A DNA stretch of 64,000 bases from an uncultured Alphaproteobacteria bacterium (GTDB lineage: Bacteria; Pseudomonadota; Alphaproteobacteria; SP197), in the NCBI GenBank assembly GCA_938048755.1, contig CALIUG010000081.1:271-64270 (forward strand). The letters run 5' to 3'. The notes beneath the pieces were generated by a model. That model did no database searches. It was given only the letters and a program-made list of their open reading frames with translations, and was not told where the DNA came from. Within the stretch, counting starts at the first letter, position 1. Each line of letters opens with the position of its first letter. The translations under genes and the position numbers were made by a program. This document shows, piece after piece, positions 39,507-50,560 of the stretch.

Positions 39507-40508
39507 GTGGTCCCGATGAATCGGGTTTTTTCCGGCATTCAGCCGACCGGCAGCCTGCACCTTGGCAACTATCTTGGCGCCCTGAAACGTTTCGTGGAAA
39601 TGCAGGACGACTACGAGTGCATCTATTGCATCGTCGATCTGCATGCCATCACCATGCCGTACGACCCTGCGGAACTGCGCGCCAATACGCGTGAGGTGAC
39701 GGCCGGTTTCCTGGCCTCGGGGCTCGACCCCGAACGGTGCGTCATCTTCAACCAGAGCCAGTGCCCGATGCATCCGCGCCTGGGCTGGATGCTGTCGTGC
39801 CTGACACCGCTGGGCTGGCTGAACCGCATGACCCAGTTCAAGGAAAAGGCCGGCAAGAAACGTGAGCAGGCAAGTCTGGGACTTTACGGATACCCCGTGC
39901 TCCAGGCCGCCGACATCATCGGCTATCACGCCACGCACGTGCCCGTGGGCGAGGATCAGAAGCAGCATCTCGAGCTCAGCCGCGATATTGCCGGTGCCTT
40001 CAACCGTCAGTTCGGCGTCGACTTCTTTCCGCTGCCCGAACCGGTCATCACCGGCGAGGCGACGCGGGTAATGTCCCTGCGTGACGGAACGAAGAAGATG
40101 TCGAAGTCCGACGAGAGCGATTACTCGCGCATCAATCTCAACGACGACCGCGACACCATTGCGCTGAAGTTCCGCAAGGCACGTACCGACAGTGAGCCTG
40201 GTGTCACCTATGACGCCGAGAACCGGCCCGAAGCCTCGAACCTGATCACGATCTATGCGGCCCTGGCCGACACCTCCCGTCAGGCTGTGGTGGACGACTA
40301 TGCCAGCGCGCAGTTCAGTGACTTCAAGAAGGCGCTGACGGAACTGGCGGTCGAGAAACTGGGCCCGGTCGGTGAGGAAATGAAACGTCTGATGGCTGAT
40401 CCGGGTTACGTCGACGGTGTCCTGAAAGACGGTGCGGAACGCGCGCGCGCGATCGCCATGCCGATCCAGGACGAGGTCGAAGAGATCATGGGTTTTCTCA
40501 AAGCCTAG
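39507..40508 (+). CDS. trpS: Tryptophanyl-tRNA synthetase
   Basis: 333 aa; [15 protein letters not shown] (HIGH region) and KMSKS. Confidence 0.95.
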   Translation: MVPMNRVFSGIQPTGSLHLGNYLGALKRFVEMQDDYECIYCIVDLHAITMPYDPAELRANTREVTAGFLASGLDPERCVIFNQSQCPMHPRLGWMLSCLTPLGWLNRMTQFKEKAGKKREQASLGLYGYPVLQAADIIGYHATHVPVGEDQKQHLELSRDIAGAFNRQFGVDFFPLPEPVITGEATRVMSLRDGTKKMSKSDESDYSRINLNDDRDTIALKFRKARTDSEPGVTYDAENRPEASNLITIYAALADTSRQAVVDDYASAQFSDFKKALTELAVEKLGPVGEEMKRLMADPGYVDGVLKDGAERARAIAMPIQDEVEEIMGFLKA

Positions 40509-40552
40509 AGCAGGATCGCACCAGACCGTGTGCGGCCTGAAGCGATCAGGCT

Positions 40553-41254
40553 CTAACGGTTTCGGCGTTTGAAGGTCAGATAGACCGGCGTGCGCCCGGC
40601 TTTCCCTGCCTTGGCTTCATAACGCGTTCCGGGCCAGTCGTCGGGGCGGTCTTGCCAGTCGCCTGGCCGGCGCGCCGTCCAGACCAGATCGGGATGGGGC
40701 CAGACGGCCGTCATCATCCAACGGGCATAGTCCATGATGTCGGTGGCCAGCCGCAATTCGCCACCATCGGCGAGCAGAACGGCAAACCGTTCGACTGTGA
40801 GCGGGTTGACGATGCGGCGACGCTTGTGGCGTGTCTTGGGCCAGGGGTCGGGAAACAGGACCATGATGCGCTCAAGGCTGGCATCGGGCAGTGCTTCGAG
40901 AAGCGGTCGCACGTCGTCGTCGAGAATACGTACATTGTCGAGCTGCTCATCCTCGACATGGGCGAGCAGGCTGGCCACGCCGTTGATGAAGGGTTCGGCA
41001 CCGATCACCGTGACGTCGCGATTGTGTTTTGCCTGCCAGGCCAGATGCTCTCCGCCGCCAAAGCCTATTTCCAGCCACAGCTGATCTTTCCCCGCAACCG
41101 GGCCCTTCAGGTCCAGCCGTCCGTCCTCGTCGATCTCCGGCCGGATGGTTGGCAGAACCTCGTCGACCAGAGCCTGACGCCGTGGCGTCAGCTCATGGCC
41201 CTTGCGGCGGCCGAAAAGCCGCTGGCGGCCGGGAGTGGGAATCTGTTTGGCCAT
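40553..41254 (-). CDS. trmB: tRNA (guanine46-N7)-methyltransferase
   Basis: 233 aa TrmB-family SAM methyltransferase (LEIGFGGGEHLAWQA ... FPDPWPK). Confidence 0.9.
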   Translation of the reverse strand: MAKQIPTPGRQRLFGRRKGHELTPRRQALVDEVLPTIRPEIDEDGRLDLKGPVAGKDQLWLEIGFGGGEHLAWQAKHNRDVTVIGAEPFINGVASLLAHVEDEQLDNVRILDDDVRPLLEALPDASLERIMVLFPDPWPKTRHKRRRIVNPLTVERFAVLLADGGELRLATDIMDYARWMMTAVWPHPDLVWTARRPGDWQDRPDDWPGTRYEAKAGKAGRTPVYLTFKRRNR

Positions 41255-41386
41255 CGGTGCAATCGGCTAGAGCGGATCGTGACAGGGGCGAACCATCCAT
41301 CGTTCGCACCTATCAGGTGAATCCGTTCTGTTTCATGGCGACAGGGCAGCCTGTGATCCCGTTAAACGAGATCACAGGGAATGACG

Positions 41387-42553
41387 TTACGCCAGTGCGG
41401 ACTTGAGTGTGTCAGCCAGATCGGTCTTTTCCCACGAGAAACCACCATCGGCTTCGGGCTCGCGACCCATATGGCCATAGGCCGCCGTGCGCTCGTAGAT
41501 CGGCCGGTCGAGATGGAGGTGGTTGCGGATGCCGCGGGGCGTCAGGTCCATGACCTCGCGCAGGGCTTTCTCAAGCGCTGCCTCGTCACACTGGCCGGTG
41601 CCGTAGGTGTCGACATAGACCGACAGCGGATCAGCAACACCGATGGCATAGGAAAGCTGGATCGAGCAGCGATCAGCCAGACCCGCCGCCACGACATTCT
41701 TGGCGAGGTAACGGCTGGCATAGGCGGCCGAACGGTCGACCTTGCTGGGATCCTTGCCCGAGAAGGCGCCGCCGCCATGGGGTGCTGCGCCACCATAGGT
41801 GTCGACGATGATCTTGCGTCCGGTCAGGCCGCAGTCACCATCGGGTCCGCCAATGACAAAGTTGCCGGTCGGGTTCACATAAAACTGGTCTTCTGGGCAC
41901 ATCCAGCCGTCGGGCAGGACTTCCTCGACATAGGGACGCACGATTTCCTTGACCTGGTCCTGGTTGAGGCTGGCGTCGTGCTGGGTCGATACCACCACGG
42001 AGGTCGCGCGCACCGGCTTGCCGTCTTCATAGGTGAGCGTCACCTGGCTTTTGGAATCTGGCGCCAGCAGCGGCTCGGTGCCGTCGTGGCGCACGTCTGC
42101 CAGGCGTTTGAGGATCTGATGGGAAAGATGGATCGGAGCCGGCATCAGAACCGACGTTTCGCGGCAGGCGTACCCGAACATGATGCCCTGGTCACCTGCA
42201 CCCTCGGCCTTGTTGCCGTCGGCATCGACGCCCTGGGCAATATCGGCGGACTGCTCATGCAGGTGCACCTGCACTTCGGCGTTCTTCCAGTGAAAGCCGT
42301 CCTGTTCATAACCGATCGACTTCACGGCATTGCGTGCAAGTTCCTCGACCCGGTCGATGACCTCATGGGGTCCACGAACTTCGCCGGCAATGACGATCAG
42401 GTTGGTCGTTGTCAGGGTCTCGCAGGCAACGCGGGCGGTTGGATCGGCACCCAGATAGGCGTCCACCACGGCATCGGAGATGCGGTCACAGACCTTGTCG
42501 GGGTGACCTTCGGACACCGATTCGCTGGTGAACAGGTAGCTCTTTCTCGCCAC
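41387..42553 (-). CDS. metK: S-adenosylmethionine synthetase
   Basis: [15 protein letters not shown] and GGGAFSGKD motifs. Start trimmed to a GTG ([11 protein letters not shown]) that is preceded by GGGAGA. Confidence 0.95.
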   Translation of the reverse strand: MARKSYLFTSESVSEGHPDKVCDRISDAVVDAYLGADPTARVACETLTTTNLIVIAGEVRGPHEVIDRVEELARNAVKSIGYEQDGFHWKNAEVQVHLHEQSADIAQGVDADGNKAEGAGDQGIMFGYACRETSVLMPAPIHLSHQILKRLADVRHDGTEPLLAPDSKSQVTLTYEDGKPVRATSVVVSTQHDASLNQDQVKEIVRPYVEEVLPDGWMCPEDQFYVNPTGNFVIGGPDGDCGLTGRKIIVDTYGGAAPHGGGAFSGKDPSKVDRSAAYASRYLAKNVVAAGLADRCSIQLSYAIGVADPLSVYVDTYGTGQCDEAALEKALREVMDLTPRGIRNHLHLDRPIYERTAAYGHMGREPEADGGFSWEKTDLADTLKSALA

Positions 42554-42772
42554 GATCACTCTCCCATGACGCTGATGGTAAAACAGGAACCGAATGGCTG
42601 GCACGCAGCAGCATTCTGATGCGCGCGACACTCGCCGAAGCGGACTGATGGGTCAAGATTTTTGACGTATTGCCACAGTTTTTGGCCACATGCATGCACG
42701 CGGTACGAAGTTTCGGCAGTGAGGGTGCCGACCCCGGTGAACACGAGGGTGCCCCGGAGGTCGGCAATCAGA

Positions 42773-43195
42773 TCAGCCTTCGGCAGGCTTGTCCTTGGGT
42801 CCGGCAGCCTTCACCAGCTCGAAGACCTTGCGACGCAGACGATCATCAGGGATGCGGTAATAGGCACGCACCAGTTCCAATGTTTCGCGTTTGGTCAGGG
42901 TGTCGGGTCCTGAAGGATCCTCCGGCGGAGAAGCCGGCGGTGCGGCGCCACCGCCTGTGGCGGTTTCCTCGGTCATGTCATCGAAGAAGAAGCTGACCGG
43001 CACGTCCAGGATCTGCGACAGCTTGAACAGACGGCTGGAGCCAATCCGGTTCGCACCGCGCTCGTATTTCTGAATTTGCTGGAAGGTCAGTCCCAGTGCC
43101 TGTGCCAGTTTCTCCTGACTCATTCCCAGCAGGGTCCGACGCAATCTGACGCGGCCACCGACATGAATGTCGATCGGATTTGGTTTGCTTACCAT
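42773..43195 (-). CDS. XRE-family helix-turn-helix transcriptional regulator
   Basis: 140 aa; HTH LLGMSQEKLAQALGLTFQQIQKYERGANR. Confidence 0.8.
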   Translation of the reverse strand: MVSKPNPIDIHVGGRVRLRRTLLGMSQEKLAQALGLTFQQIQKYERGANRIGSSRLFKLSQILDVPVSFFFDDMTEETATGGGAAPPASPPEDPSGPDTLTKRETLELVRAYYRIPDDRLRRKVFELVKAAGPKDKPAEG

Positions 43196-43320
43196 AGGTT
43201 CTGGTTCTTTCTCTGCGTTCCCGTTCGTTACTGCGCTCGACGGGTACCGACACGGTTTTCAAGAGCCCCAACAGCACCAACCGCATCGGACAAGAACGTG
43301 ACCCGAATCAACCCTCAGTG

Positions 43321-44880
43321 CTAGCACCGTCCGGTTGCGGAACCTGTTCCCCCATCGCCCACACGATGAGAGGTGTGCAAGGTCCAGGCCAGAATCAGGG
43401 CCAAAGGGATCAGACTGAAAAACAGTGTCCAGTCACCCCACCGCGCATAAAGCGTCGGTGCGGCAACAGGCTCCGGAAGCGCGCCGTCGAGGACACCGCG
43501 ATGACCCAGAGGCAGGCTGGATAGCACGCGTCCCATGGGGTCAATGAAGCCGCTGATGCCGGTATTGGCGACCCGCACCATGGGCAATCCCTGTTCGACA
43601 GCGCGCAGACGGGCAGCCTGAAAGTGCTGATAGGGTCCTGTGGAGTCGCCATACCAGCCGTCGTTCGTGATGTTGAGCAACCAGGATGGTCGCCCCTGAT
43701 CCCTGGTGATTTCGGCCGGAAAGATCACTTCATAGCAGATCAGGGGGCCGAAAGGCGGCAGGTTTCCTTGATTCATGACCACGGGACCAGGTCCGGCGGC
43801 AAAGTCGGTCGTGCCGGGTGTCAGCTTGTCGATGGGCAGAACGCCACGCAGAGGCACGTATTCCCCGAACGGCACCAGGTGATGTTTGTCATAGGTCGCC
43901 ACGAGACCGGTCTGGTCGACGACCAGCATGCTGTTCCAGGGTCGCAGGGTACCGTCTGCCGCCTCCGACGCGCGGACGGCACCGGCCAGCAGCAGGCCGC
44001 CCTCGGGCACAATGGAAGCGGCTTCCTGCAGGGTTACCGGTCGGCGCAACAGCTGGAACGGAATGGCAGCCTCCGGCCAGATGACCGCGGTGGGTTGCTC
44101 GCTCGCAGGTTGCGACAAACTCAGCGCAATATGCGTTGCAAAATGCGATTCCTGCAGTGTGCTGCGCCACTTGTCGGCTTGCGCAATTTTGGCCTGGACA
44201 AGCCTCAAGACGACATCTTGCTGATAGGTTGTGGGATGCTCGGATAGTCGCAGGCTGCCCACGCCCCAGACGACCGCCATGATGCCGACTGACAGACCCA
44301 TGGCGATCAGCGCCCGGCCACGTGGCAACCTGCCGGTGCGGGTCATGAGAGCGGGCAGCAGGGCCGCCAGCAGGATGATTGCCGACAAGGCCCACGGACC
44401 ACCCCAGGCGGCCGGTTGCAGCAGTGCATCCGAGAGGCCCAGGGAGGTGCCAAGCATGTTCCAGGGAAACCCGGTCAGCACCCAGCTGCGCAGCCATTCC
44501 ACCAGAAGCCAGGCCAACATCAGCGCACCGGCCCGTGCCGCGCCCGAAGGCGCGAACCGGGCAAGCACACAAGCCAAAGCCGGGAACAGGCCAAAGCCCA
44601 GCGCAATGGCCAGGAGCGCCAGGGGATACAGCCATCCGAACCGGTCCGCATCGACCAGAAGCGCATTGGCGATCCAGTAGAACCCACCGCCCGAAAACCC
44701 GATGCCGAAGAGCCAGCCGTCGAACCAGGCACGACGGAACGAGCGCGCACCGTTCAGGATCCAGGCAAGCCCGGTCAGGGAAATCAGGGCAACGGGCAGA
44801 ATGTAGAAGGGGGGCAGGGCTGCTGCCAGCAACAGGCCAAGGCCAAGGGCCGCCAGACAACGGCGCCAGCCATGCAGCAT
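43321..44880 (-). CDS. lnt: Apolipoprotein N-acyltransferase
   Basis: N-terminal TM helices plus a C-terminal nitrilase-like CN-hydrolase domain. Start trimmed to MLHGWRRCLAALGLG, leaving a gap after the corC stop. Confidence 0.85.
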   Translation of the reverse strand: MLHGWRRCLAALGLGLLLAAALPPFYILPVALISLTGLAWILNGARSFRRAWFDGWLFGIGFSGGGFYWIANALLVDADRFGWLYPLALLAIALGFGLFPALACVLARFAPSGAARAGALMLAWLLVEWLRSWVLTGFPWNMLGTSLGLSDALLQPAAWGGPWALSAIILLAALLPALMTRTGRLPRGRALIAMGLSVGIMAVVWGVGSLRLSEHPTTYQQDVVLRLVQAKIAQADKWRSTLQESHFATHIALSLSQPASEQPTAVIWPEAAIPFQLLRRPVTLQEAASIVPEGGLLLAGAVRASEAADGTLRPWNSMLVVDQTGLVATYDKHHLVPFGEYVPLRGVLPIDKLTPGTTDFAAGPGPVVMNQGNLPPFGPLICYEVIFPAEITRDQGRPSWLLNITNDGWYGDSTGPYQHFQAARLRAVEQGLPMVRVANTGISGFIDPMGRVLSSLPLGHRGVLDGALPEPVAAPTLYARWGDWTLFFSLIPLALILAWTLHTSHRVGDGGTGSATGRC

Positions 44881-44926
44881 TGCAAGCTGCTCGGGCAGGT
44901 TTTCGGGCTTCAGCACCGCGCCGGCG

Positions 44927-45808
44927 TCAGCTCCGCGATGCGCCATAACGCACACGCAGGCGTTTGATCCTCCGTGGATCGGCATCGACGATTTCAAACT
45001 CCAGGCCGGACTCGTGGGGAATCACTTCACCGCGCACGGGTATCCGCCCCAGCAAGGAGTAGACCAGCCCGCCGAGCGTTTCGATATCCTCGTCGCGCTC
45101 ATCGGGAAGCAGATCACAGCCGGTCATCTCTTCAAGCTCTTCAACGGAGGCGCGGGCATGGGCTTCGAACACGCCGCCCTTCTCCGACAGCAGATGGCCG
45201 TCGTCGCTGTCGTGCTCATCCCAGATTTCGCCCACGATGGGCTCGACCAGATCCTCGATCGTGGCAAGCCCGTCGATGCCGCCGAACTCATCGACCACCA
45301 AGGCCATGTGTACCCGTGATGTCCGCATCTTGATCAGAAGATCCAGCACCGGCATCGAAGGCGGGACAAACAGAACATCACGCACGACCGATTCCAGCGG
45401 TGGACCCGGAGGCGGTGTGCCCCAGTGGTCCAGCAGATCGCGCACATGGATCATGCCCATGGGGTCGTCCAGGGACTCGCGATAGACTGGTAATCTGGAG
45501 TGGCCTTCCCGGCGCATGATCTCGACAACCTCGGCAAGCCCAGCCGAAACCTCGATCGCCAACACGTCGGCGCGGGGAACCATCACGTCATCGACACGCA
45601 ACTCCCCGAACTCGAGCAGATTGACCAGCATGGCGCGCTCGGCATCCGACAGTGTCGTGCCGTCGTCCTCATAGTCCTCCAGCAATTCCTCGACGGTTTC
45701 GCGCAGGCTCTCGCCGCTGCGCCCACCGACCAGCTTGCGCAGCCAACCGGCGAATCCGACAGGATTTGGTGATACGGGCGTTGTTCGATCAGCCATGGTG
45801 TCTTTCAC
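44927..45808 (-). CDS. corC: CorC/HlyC-family CBS-domain protein (YbeX)
   Basis: Two CBS domains and a CorC_HlyC C-terminal domain, in the conserved ybeZ-ybeY-ybeX-lnt order. Confidence 0.85.
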   Translation of the reverse strand: MKDTMADRTTPVSPNPVGFAGWLRKLVGGRSGESLRETVEELLEDYEDDGTTLSDAERAMLVNLLEFGELRVDDVMVPRADVLAIEVSAGLAEVVEIMRREGHSRLPVYRESLDDPMGMIHVRDLLDHWGTPPPGPPLESVVRDVLFVPPSMPVLDLLIKMRTSRVHMALVVDEFGGIDGLATIEDLVEPIVGEIWDEHDSDDGHLLSEKGGVFEAHARASVEELEEMTGCDLLPDERDEDIETLGGLVYSLLGRIPVRGEVIPHESGLEFEIVDADPRRIKRLRVRYGASRS

Positions 45809-46338
45809 GCATAGGGGTTGGGTATCCCGAGACTGGACAGCACCTGGGACTCAAGAGCTTCCATAGCAACGGCATCGTCTTCTTCTTCATGGTCATATCC
45901 CAGGAGGTGAAGGCTGCCGTGCACCACCAGGTGACACAGGTGGTTGCGGGCAGGCACGCCGCTTTCTTCGGCCTCGCGCAGCACGGTCTCGCGTGCCAGC
46001 ACGACATCTCCGATCTCGATGGGAAGGTCCCGGGGTGCGCCGGACGGAATGGAGGGCATCGTTCCCGCAACCAGGTCTTCTGCCGGAAACGACAAGACGT
46101 TCGTGGCCTTGTCCTGCCCGCGCCAGCGGGCGTTGAGTGCGCGAACGGCTTCGTCATTGGTCAGAACAACGGCCATGGAAAGTTGGGGTCCGGGGCAAAC
46201 GTGATCGAGCGCCGCAATACCAGCCAATTCGGCGGCAGCGGGCGCATCCGGCAGCGCCTCGAGCCAGGCAGCATCCTCAAGGGCAAGGTCGACTTCGACC
46301 CTGCCGGTCATACTCGAAGGAAGGCTTTCAACCATCAT
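45805..46338 (-). CDS. ybeY: Endoribonuclease YbeY (rRNA maturation factor)
   Basis: HLVVHGSLHLLGYDH zinc-binding motif. Confidence 0.9.
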   Translation of the reverse strand: MMVESLPSSMTGRVEVDLALEDAAWLEALPDAPAAAELAGIAALDHVCPGPQLSMAVVLTNDEAVRALNARWRGQDKATNVLSFPAEDLVAGTMPSIPSGAPRDLPIEIGDVVLARETVLREAEESGVPARNHLCHLVVHGSLHLLGYDHEEEDDAVAMEALESQVLSSLGIPNPYA

Positions 46339-47324
46339 TGCCGCTCCGACTTGGCACCCTGGCCGTCATAGGCGCGCACAATCCGGGTAACCAGTTCATG
46401 GCGTACGACATCGGCAGCCGTGAAGCGCACGGTGCTGATGCCCTTGACGTCTTCGAGCACACGCAGCGCATCGGCCAGACCGGAAGTCTGCCCGGCGGGC
46501 AGATCCACCTGGGTCAGATCGCCGGTCACCACCATGCGGGCATTCTCGCCCAGGCGGGTCAGGAACATCTTCATCTGCACCGGTGTCGTGTTCTGTGCCT
46601 CGTCGAGAATGACGAAGGCGTTGGCCAGCGTGCGCCCGCGCATGAAGGCAAGCGGGGCAACCTCGATGTCGTCGCTTTCCATGCGGCGCGCGACCTTTTC
46701 ACCAGGCATCATGTCATGGAGTGCGTCATAGAGCGGGCGAAGATAGGGATCGACCTTGTCGCGCAGATCGCCGGGCAGGAAGCCCAGTCGTTCACCGGCT
46801 TCCACGGCCGGGCGCGACAGCACGATGCGATCCACCTTGCCTGCTTCCATCATGGCAACGGCCATGGCGACGGCCAGATAGGTCTTGCCGGTACCCGCCG
46901 GCCCCAGCGCAAACACCAGTTCGCTATCCATCAGAGTCTGGAGATAGCGGGCCTGGTTGCGCGATCGCGGCGTGATTCGCCGCTTGGGCGTGCGGATCTC
47001 CATCATCGGTGCCGCTGTCTCGCCATCGGGCAGGGGATCGCTGGCCATGCGCAGTGCGGCATCGACGTCAGCCAGCCCGACCGACAGGCCGCTCTTGAGA
47101 CGACCATACAACTGATTGAGAACAGCCACAGCCGCGTCTGCAGAACCCTCCGGCCCTGCCACGGCGATCTGGTTCCCGCGCGAGGTCAACGAGACCTCAA
47201 GCTGCTGCTCGATACGTGCCAGATTGCGGTCGTGGTCGCCGTAGAGAACCGACAACAGGGCATTGTCGTCAAAGGTCAGGTAACGCAACGCTTCGGCGGT
47301 ATCCTGCACGGTGGGGATCGCCAT
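46335..47324 (-). CDS. phoH: PhoH-like ATPase (YbeZ)
   Basis: Walker A GPAGTGKTYLAVAMA; PhoH family. Confidence 0.9.
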   Translation of the reverse strand: MAIPTVQDTAEALRYLTFDDNALLSVLYGDHDRNLARIEQQLEVSLTSRGNQIAVAGPEGSADAAVAVLNQLYGRLKSGLSVGLADVDAALRMASDPLPDGETAAPMMEIRTPKRRITPRSRNQARYLQTLMDSELVFALGPAGTGKTYLAVAMAVAMMEAGKVDRIVLSRPAVEAGERLGFLPGDLRDKVDPYLRPLYDALHDMMPGEKVARRMESDDIEVAPLAFMRGRTLANAFVILDEAQNTTPVQMKMFLTRLGENARMVVTGDLTQVDLPAGQTSGLADALRVLEDVKGISTVRFTAADVVRHELVTRIVRAYDGQGAKSERQ

Positions 47325-48727
47325 CAGGCCACCTGCTCGGCAGGTTGCTGCATGGTGTCACCGGCGGTATCGGCCAGAATACCGGTCAGGGACTTTGCAT
47401 TGGCTTCCACCAGCGTTACGGGCGCAATCTGCCCCAGAAGCTGCAGAGGCGCCTCAACATAGACGGCCTGCAGCCAGGGCGTGCGTCCCACCATCTGTTC
47501 GGGCCTGCGGCCAATCCGCTCAAACAGCGCCGGCGCCTGGCAACCCACCGTGGCATGGTTGAACGCCACCTGCTGGGCATCCAGGATCTGCTGAAGCGCG
47601 GCAAGCCGGTCGGATTTCACGGCATCGTCAACCTGCTGGCCCGCGGTCGAAGCCGGCGTACCCGGTCGGGCGCTGTACTTGAACGAAAAGGCCGACGCAT
47701 AGGTGACGTCGGTGACGAGCCGCAACGTATCGGCAAAGTCGGCATCGCTCTCGCCGGGAAAGCCGACAATGAAATCACCCGACATCGCAATATCGGGTCG
47801 GGCGTGGCGGATGCGGTCGATCAGCCGTCGATAGTCATCGGCGGTGTGGCGCCGGTTCATGGCTTTCAGGATCGTGTCGCTGCCCGATTGTACCGGCAGG
47901 TGCAGATAGGGCATCAGGGCGTCGACCTCGCCATGGGCGGCGATCAGATCATCGTCCATGTCCCGAGGGTGCGAGGTCGTGTAGCGGATGCGGTCCAGGC
48001 CATCGATCTCAGCAAGTTTACGGATCAGGCGCGCCAGGGTCCAGTCGCGGCCATCGGGCCCTTCCCCGTGATAGGCATTGACGTTCTGACCCAGCAGCGT
48101 GATTTCGCGCACGCCAGCGCCAACCAGACGGCGTGCTTCGGTCAGCACGGCCTCTCCGGGACGCGAAAACTCGGCACCCCGCGTATAGGGAACAACACAG
48201 AACGTGCAGAACTTGTCACAGCCTTCCTGCACCGAAAGGAAGGCGGAAGGCCCCTCAACCGCCTGTGTTTCAGGCAGGTGGTCAAACTTCGATTCTGCGG
48301 GAAAGTCGGTGTCGAGGACCGCGCCGGTCGAACGGTGCGCGCGTGCGACCAGTTCGGGCAGGCGGTGATAGGTCTGGGGCCCCACGATCAGATCCACGAC
48401 CGGTGCGCGGCGGCGCATTTCCTGGCTCTCGGCCTGGGCAACACAACCCGCCACGGCGATCAGCATCTGATCGCCCCGCTCGGCCGCTTCTTCCTTCAGG
48501 GGGCGCAACCGGCCAAGCTCGGAATAGACCTTTTCTGCCGCCTTCTCGCGGATATGGCACGTGTTTAGGATGACCAGATCCGCCCCGTCCGGCGCATCGG
48601 TCGCTTCATAACCCAACGGCGCCAGCAGATCGGCCATACGACCGGAGTCGTAGACATTCATCTGGCAGCCATAGGTCTTGATATAGAGTTTTCTGGGCAA
48701 TCGCGGATCGCTGTGATGACGCTTCAA
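47324..48727 (-). CDS. miaB: tRNA-i6A37 methylthiotransferase MiaB
   Basis: [11 protein letters not shown] (UPF0004 domain), CxxxCxxC radical-SAM motif (CDKFCTFC) and a TRAM domain. Confidence 0.95.
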   Translation of the reverse strand: MKRHHSDPRLPRKLYIKTYGCQMNVYDSGRMADLLAPLGYEATDAPDGADLVILNTCHIREKAAEKVYSELGRLRPLKEEAAERGDQMLIAVAGCVAQAESQEMRRRAPVVDLIVGPQTYHRLPELVARAHRSTGAVLDTDFPAESKFDHLPETQAVEGPSAFLSVQEGCDKFCTFCVVPYTRGAEFSRPGEAVLTEARRLVGAGVREITLLGQNVNAYHGEGPDGRDWTLARLIRKLAEIDGLDRIRYTTSHPRDMDDDLIAAHGEVDALMPYLHLPVQSGSDTILKAMNRRHTADDYRRLIDRIRHARPDIAMSGDFIVGFPGESDADFADTLRLVTDVTYASAFSFKYSARPGTPASTAGQQVDDAVKSDRLAALQQILDAQQVAFNHATVGCQAPALFERIGRRPEQMVGRTPWLQAVYVEAPLQLLGQIAPVTLVEANAKSLTGILADTAGDTMQQPAEQVA

Positions 48728-48854
48728 GAGCGTTCAGTATGGAAGCGGTTCATATCGCTTTAGCAAGGTCCGGTCTCTGGTTCCAAATCCGCCGCTCCTT
48801 GCCGGAACCCGACCAGTGCGGAACGGTCACCATGCCTTAGCAACCCTGCTTGAG

Positions 48855-49685
48855 TCAATTCGTGCGCGCCTTCTTCAGCCGACCGCCCAGGCCGCGCTTC
48901 CGCTTGGGTGGCAGGCGGCCCGAGAGTGCGGTGGAGACGGCGTCACCGATGATCTGCTGGCATTGCTCGGCCAGGACGCGGCGGTCGTCGCCGGCATCTT
49001 CGATGGTCAGGGTCGGATGGAACTGCACGATGACCGTCACAACCCCGGTTTTCAGCATCTGCCAGGCATGGGGCACCAGGTCCATGTCGCCGTACCAGGC
49101 ATAGTTGGGGCGCAGTTCACGATCCATGGGCAGGTTGGAAAACCCGGCATAGGCGATGGAGACCGGCTGCAGGGCGACAGGTTTGTCGTTGATGCGCTGC
49201 TGGGCCACGGCGAACAGGGCGCGCTTGAAGGGCAGGACCTTGTTGCCGTCGCTGGTCGTGCCTTCGGGGAACAGGATCAGGCGTTCACCCGCTTCCAGGC
49301 GCTCCTGAATGGCGGTCTTGTGTTTTCCGGCCTGGCTGCGGCGCCGGTCGACAAAGACGGTGCGCTGCAGCTTGGCCAGAAGGCCGAAACCCGGCCAGCT
49401 GCCGACTTCGGACTTGGCAACAAAGCTTCCGCGCACCAGGGCGCCCAGGATCTCGATGTCGAGGTAGGACGTATGGTTGGCGACAAACAGGCAGGGACGC
49501 TCAAGCGCCACGCGTCCGCGAATGTCCAGGCGGATACCCAGAATGCGCAGCACGATGCGGTGATAGAACTGCGGAAAGGCGTGGCTTGCGCGCGCACCAA
49601 GGGTCACCAGAACGATCTGCACAGGCAGGCAGATCAGGGTGAAGCCGACATAGCCCAATGCCCGGATCGCAGCGAGCAGCGTCAT
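48855..49685 (-). CDS. olsA: Lysophospholipid/lyso-ornithine-lipid O-acyltransferase (PlsC/OlsA-like)
   Basis: HTSYLD (HX4D) and FPEGTTS acyltransferase motifs. Start trimmed to MTLLAAIRALGYV. Lies immediately downstream of the olsB-like gene. Confidence 0.7.
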   Translation of the reverse strand: MTLLAAIRALGYVGFTLICLPVQIVLVTLGARASHAFPQFYHRIVLRILGIRLDIRGRVALERPCLFVANHTSYLDIEILGALVRGSFVAKSEVGSWPGFGLLAKLQRTVFVDRRRSQAGKHKTAIQERLEAGERLILFPEGTTSDGNKVLPFKRALFAVAQQRINDKPVALQPVSIAYAGFSNLPMDRELRPNYAWYGDMDLVPHAWQMLKTGVVTVIVQFHPTLTIEDAGDDRRVLAEQCQQIIGDAVSTALSGRLPPKRKRGLGGRLKKARTN

Positions 49686-49699
49686 GCGCCCGGCACCAT

Positions 49700-50554
49700 T
49701 TAAGCGCCCCCGGGACCGGAACCCAGATCGTCGTCCTCGGCCTCCTCGTCCTTCTTGTAGCGTTTGTCGAACTTGTCCGAGATGGCGGACATGTCGAGCA
49801 CAACGCATACATCGGTGGTGTTGAACTGGTAGTCGATCACCGCACCATCGCCAAAGCGGCAACCGGCCCTGGCATAGCCCTTGATCAGCGGCGGCAGACT
49901 GGAGCGTCCCTTGATGGCGTCGATCTCATCGGCGGGCAGCCGGTTCATGTCGACATAGAGGTCATCAAGGGCGCGCGGGCAGATTGCGGCCGGCGCCTGA
50001 AGATGATGGTGGAGATAGGAAAGCGGCCGTGCCAGTTCATCAGGATCGATGCCGTGCAGGCTGGCACAGCCGAACATGATGCGGATATCGTGCTGGTTGG
50101 CATAGGCACCCAGACCACGCAGCAGGGCCTGAACCGCCGCGCCGGCGCGATAGTTCATGTCGACGCAACTGCGGCCCAGTTCGACGAGCTCGCCTTCAAC
50201 GGCCAGCAGTTTGGATATGTCGTATTCGCCTGATGTGTAGAACTTGCCGAACTTCTCGGCGACAGAGCGGCGCAGCAGGCGATAGGTGCCGACAATGGCT
50301 TCGTCGCCCTCACGTTTGGTATCGCGCACGATGAGATGGTCGCAAACCTCGTCGAATTCATCGAAATCGCGCCCTTCGGCCTTCATGGAGCCGATCGGCT
50401 TGGCCTTCATCTCGTCATAGAAGACGCGGTAACGCAGCCTCTGGACGGCGCGAATCTCGGATTCGTCGCGCGCCAGGCGCAGTTCCAGGGGACCCAGCAT
50501 GATGCCGGTCTCCAGGGGGGCTGCCTCGCTGCTCGCCTCATGCATGGCCTGCAC
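49700..50554 (-). CDS. olsB: GNAT-family N-acyltransferase, ornithine N-acyltransferase OlsB-like
   Basis: 284 aa GNAT/hemolysin-like acyltransferase adjacent to a PlsC-like gene, the organisation of ornithine-lipid biosynthesis olsB-olsA. Confidence 0.65.
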   Translation of the reverse strand: MQAMHEASSEAAPLETGIMLGPLELRLARDESEIRAVQRLRYRVFYDEMKAKPIGSMKAEGRDFDEFDEVCDHLIVRDTKREGDEAIVGTYRLLRRSVAEKFGKFYTSGEYDISKLLAVEGELVELGRSCVDMNYRAGAAVQALLRGLGAYANQHDIRIMFGCASLHGIDPDELARPLSYLHHHLQAPAAICPRALDDLYVDMNRLPADEIDAIKGRSSLPPLIKGYARAGCRFGDGAVIDYQFNTTDVCVVLDMSAISDKFDKRYKKDEEAEDDDLGSGPGGA

Positions 50555-50560
50555 CCAAGA

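Noticed and set aside
40509-40552. Possible terminator hairpin after trpS (GAGCAGGATCGC...GCGATCAGGCTC).
   Set aside because: The stem is imperfect and no T-tract follows, so it is not confidently callable.
49700-49862. Apparent 160-bp overlap between the olsA-like ORF (as listed, 48855..49862) and the olsB-like ORF.
   Set aside because: The long form starts with a TTG and a 59-residue Arg/Gly-rich extension. Trimming to Met60 (MTLLAAIRALG) removes the overlap and gives a normal PlsC-like N-terminus.
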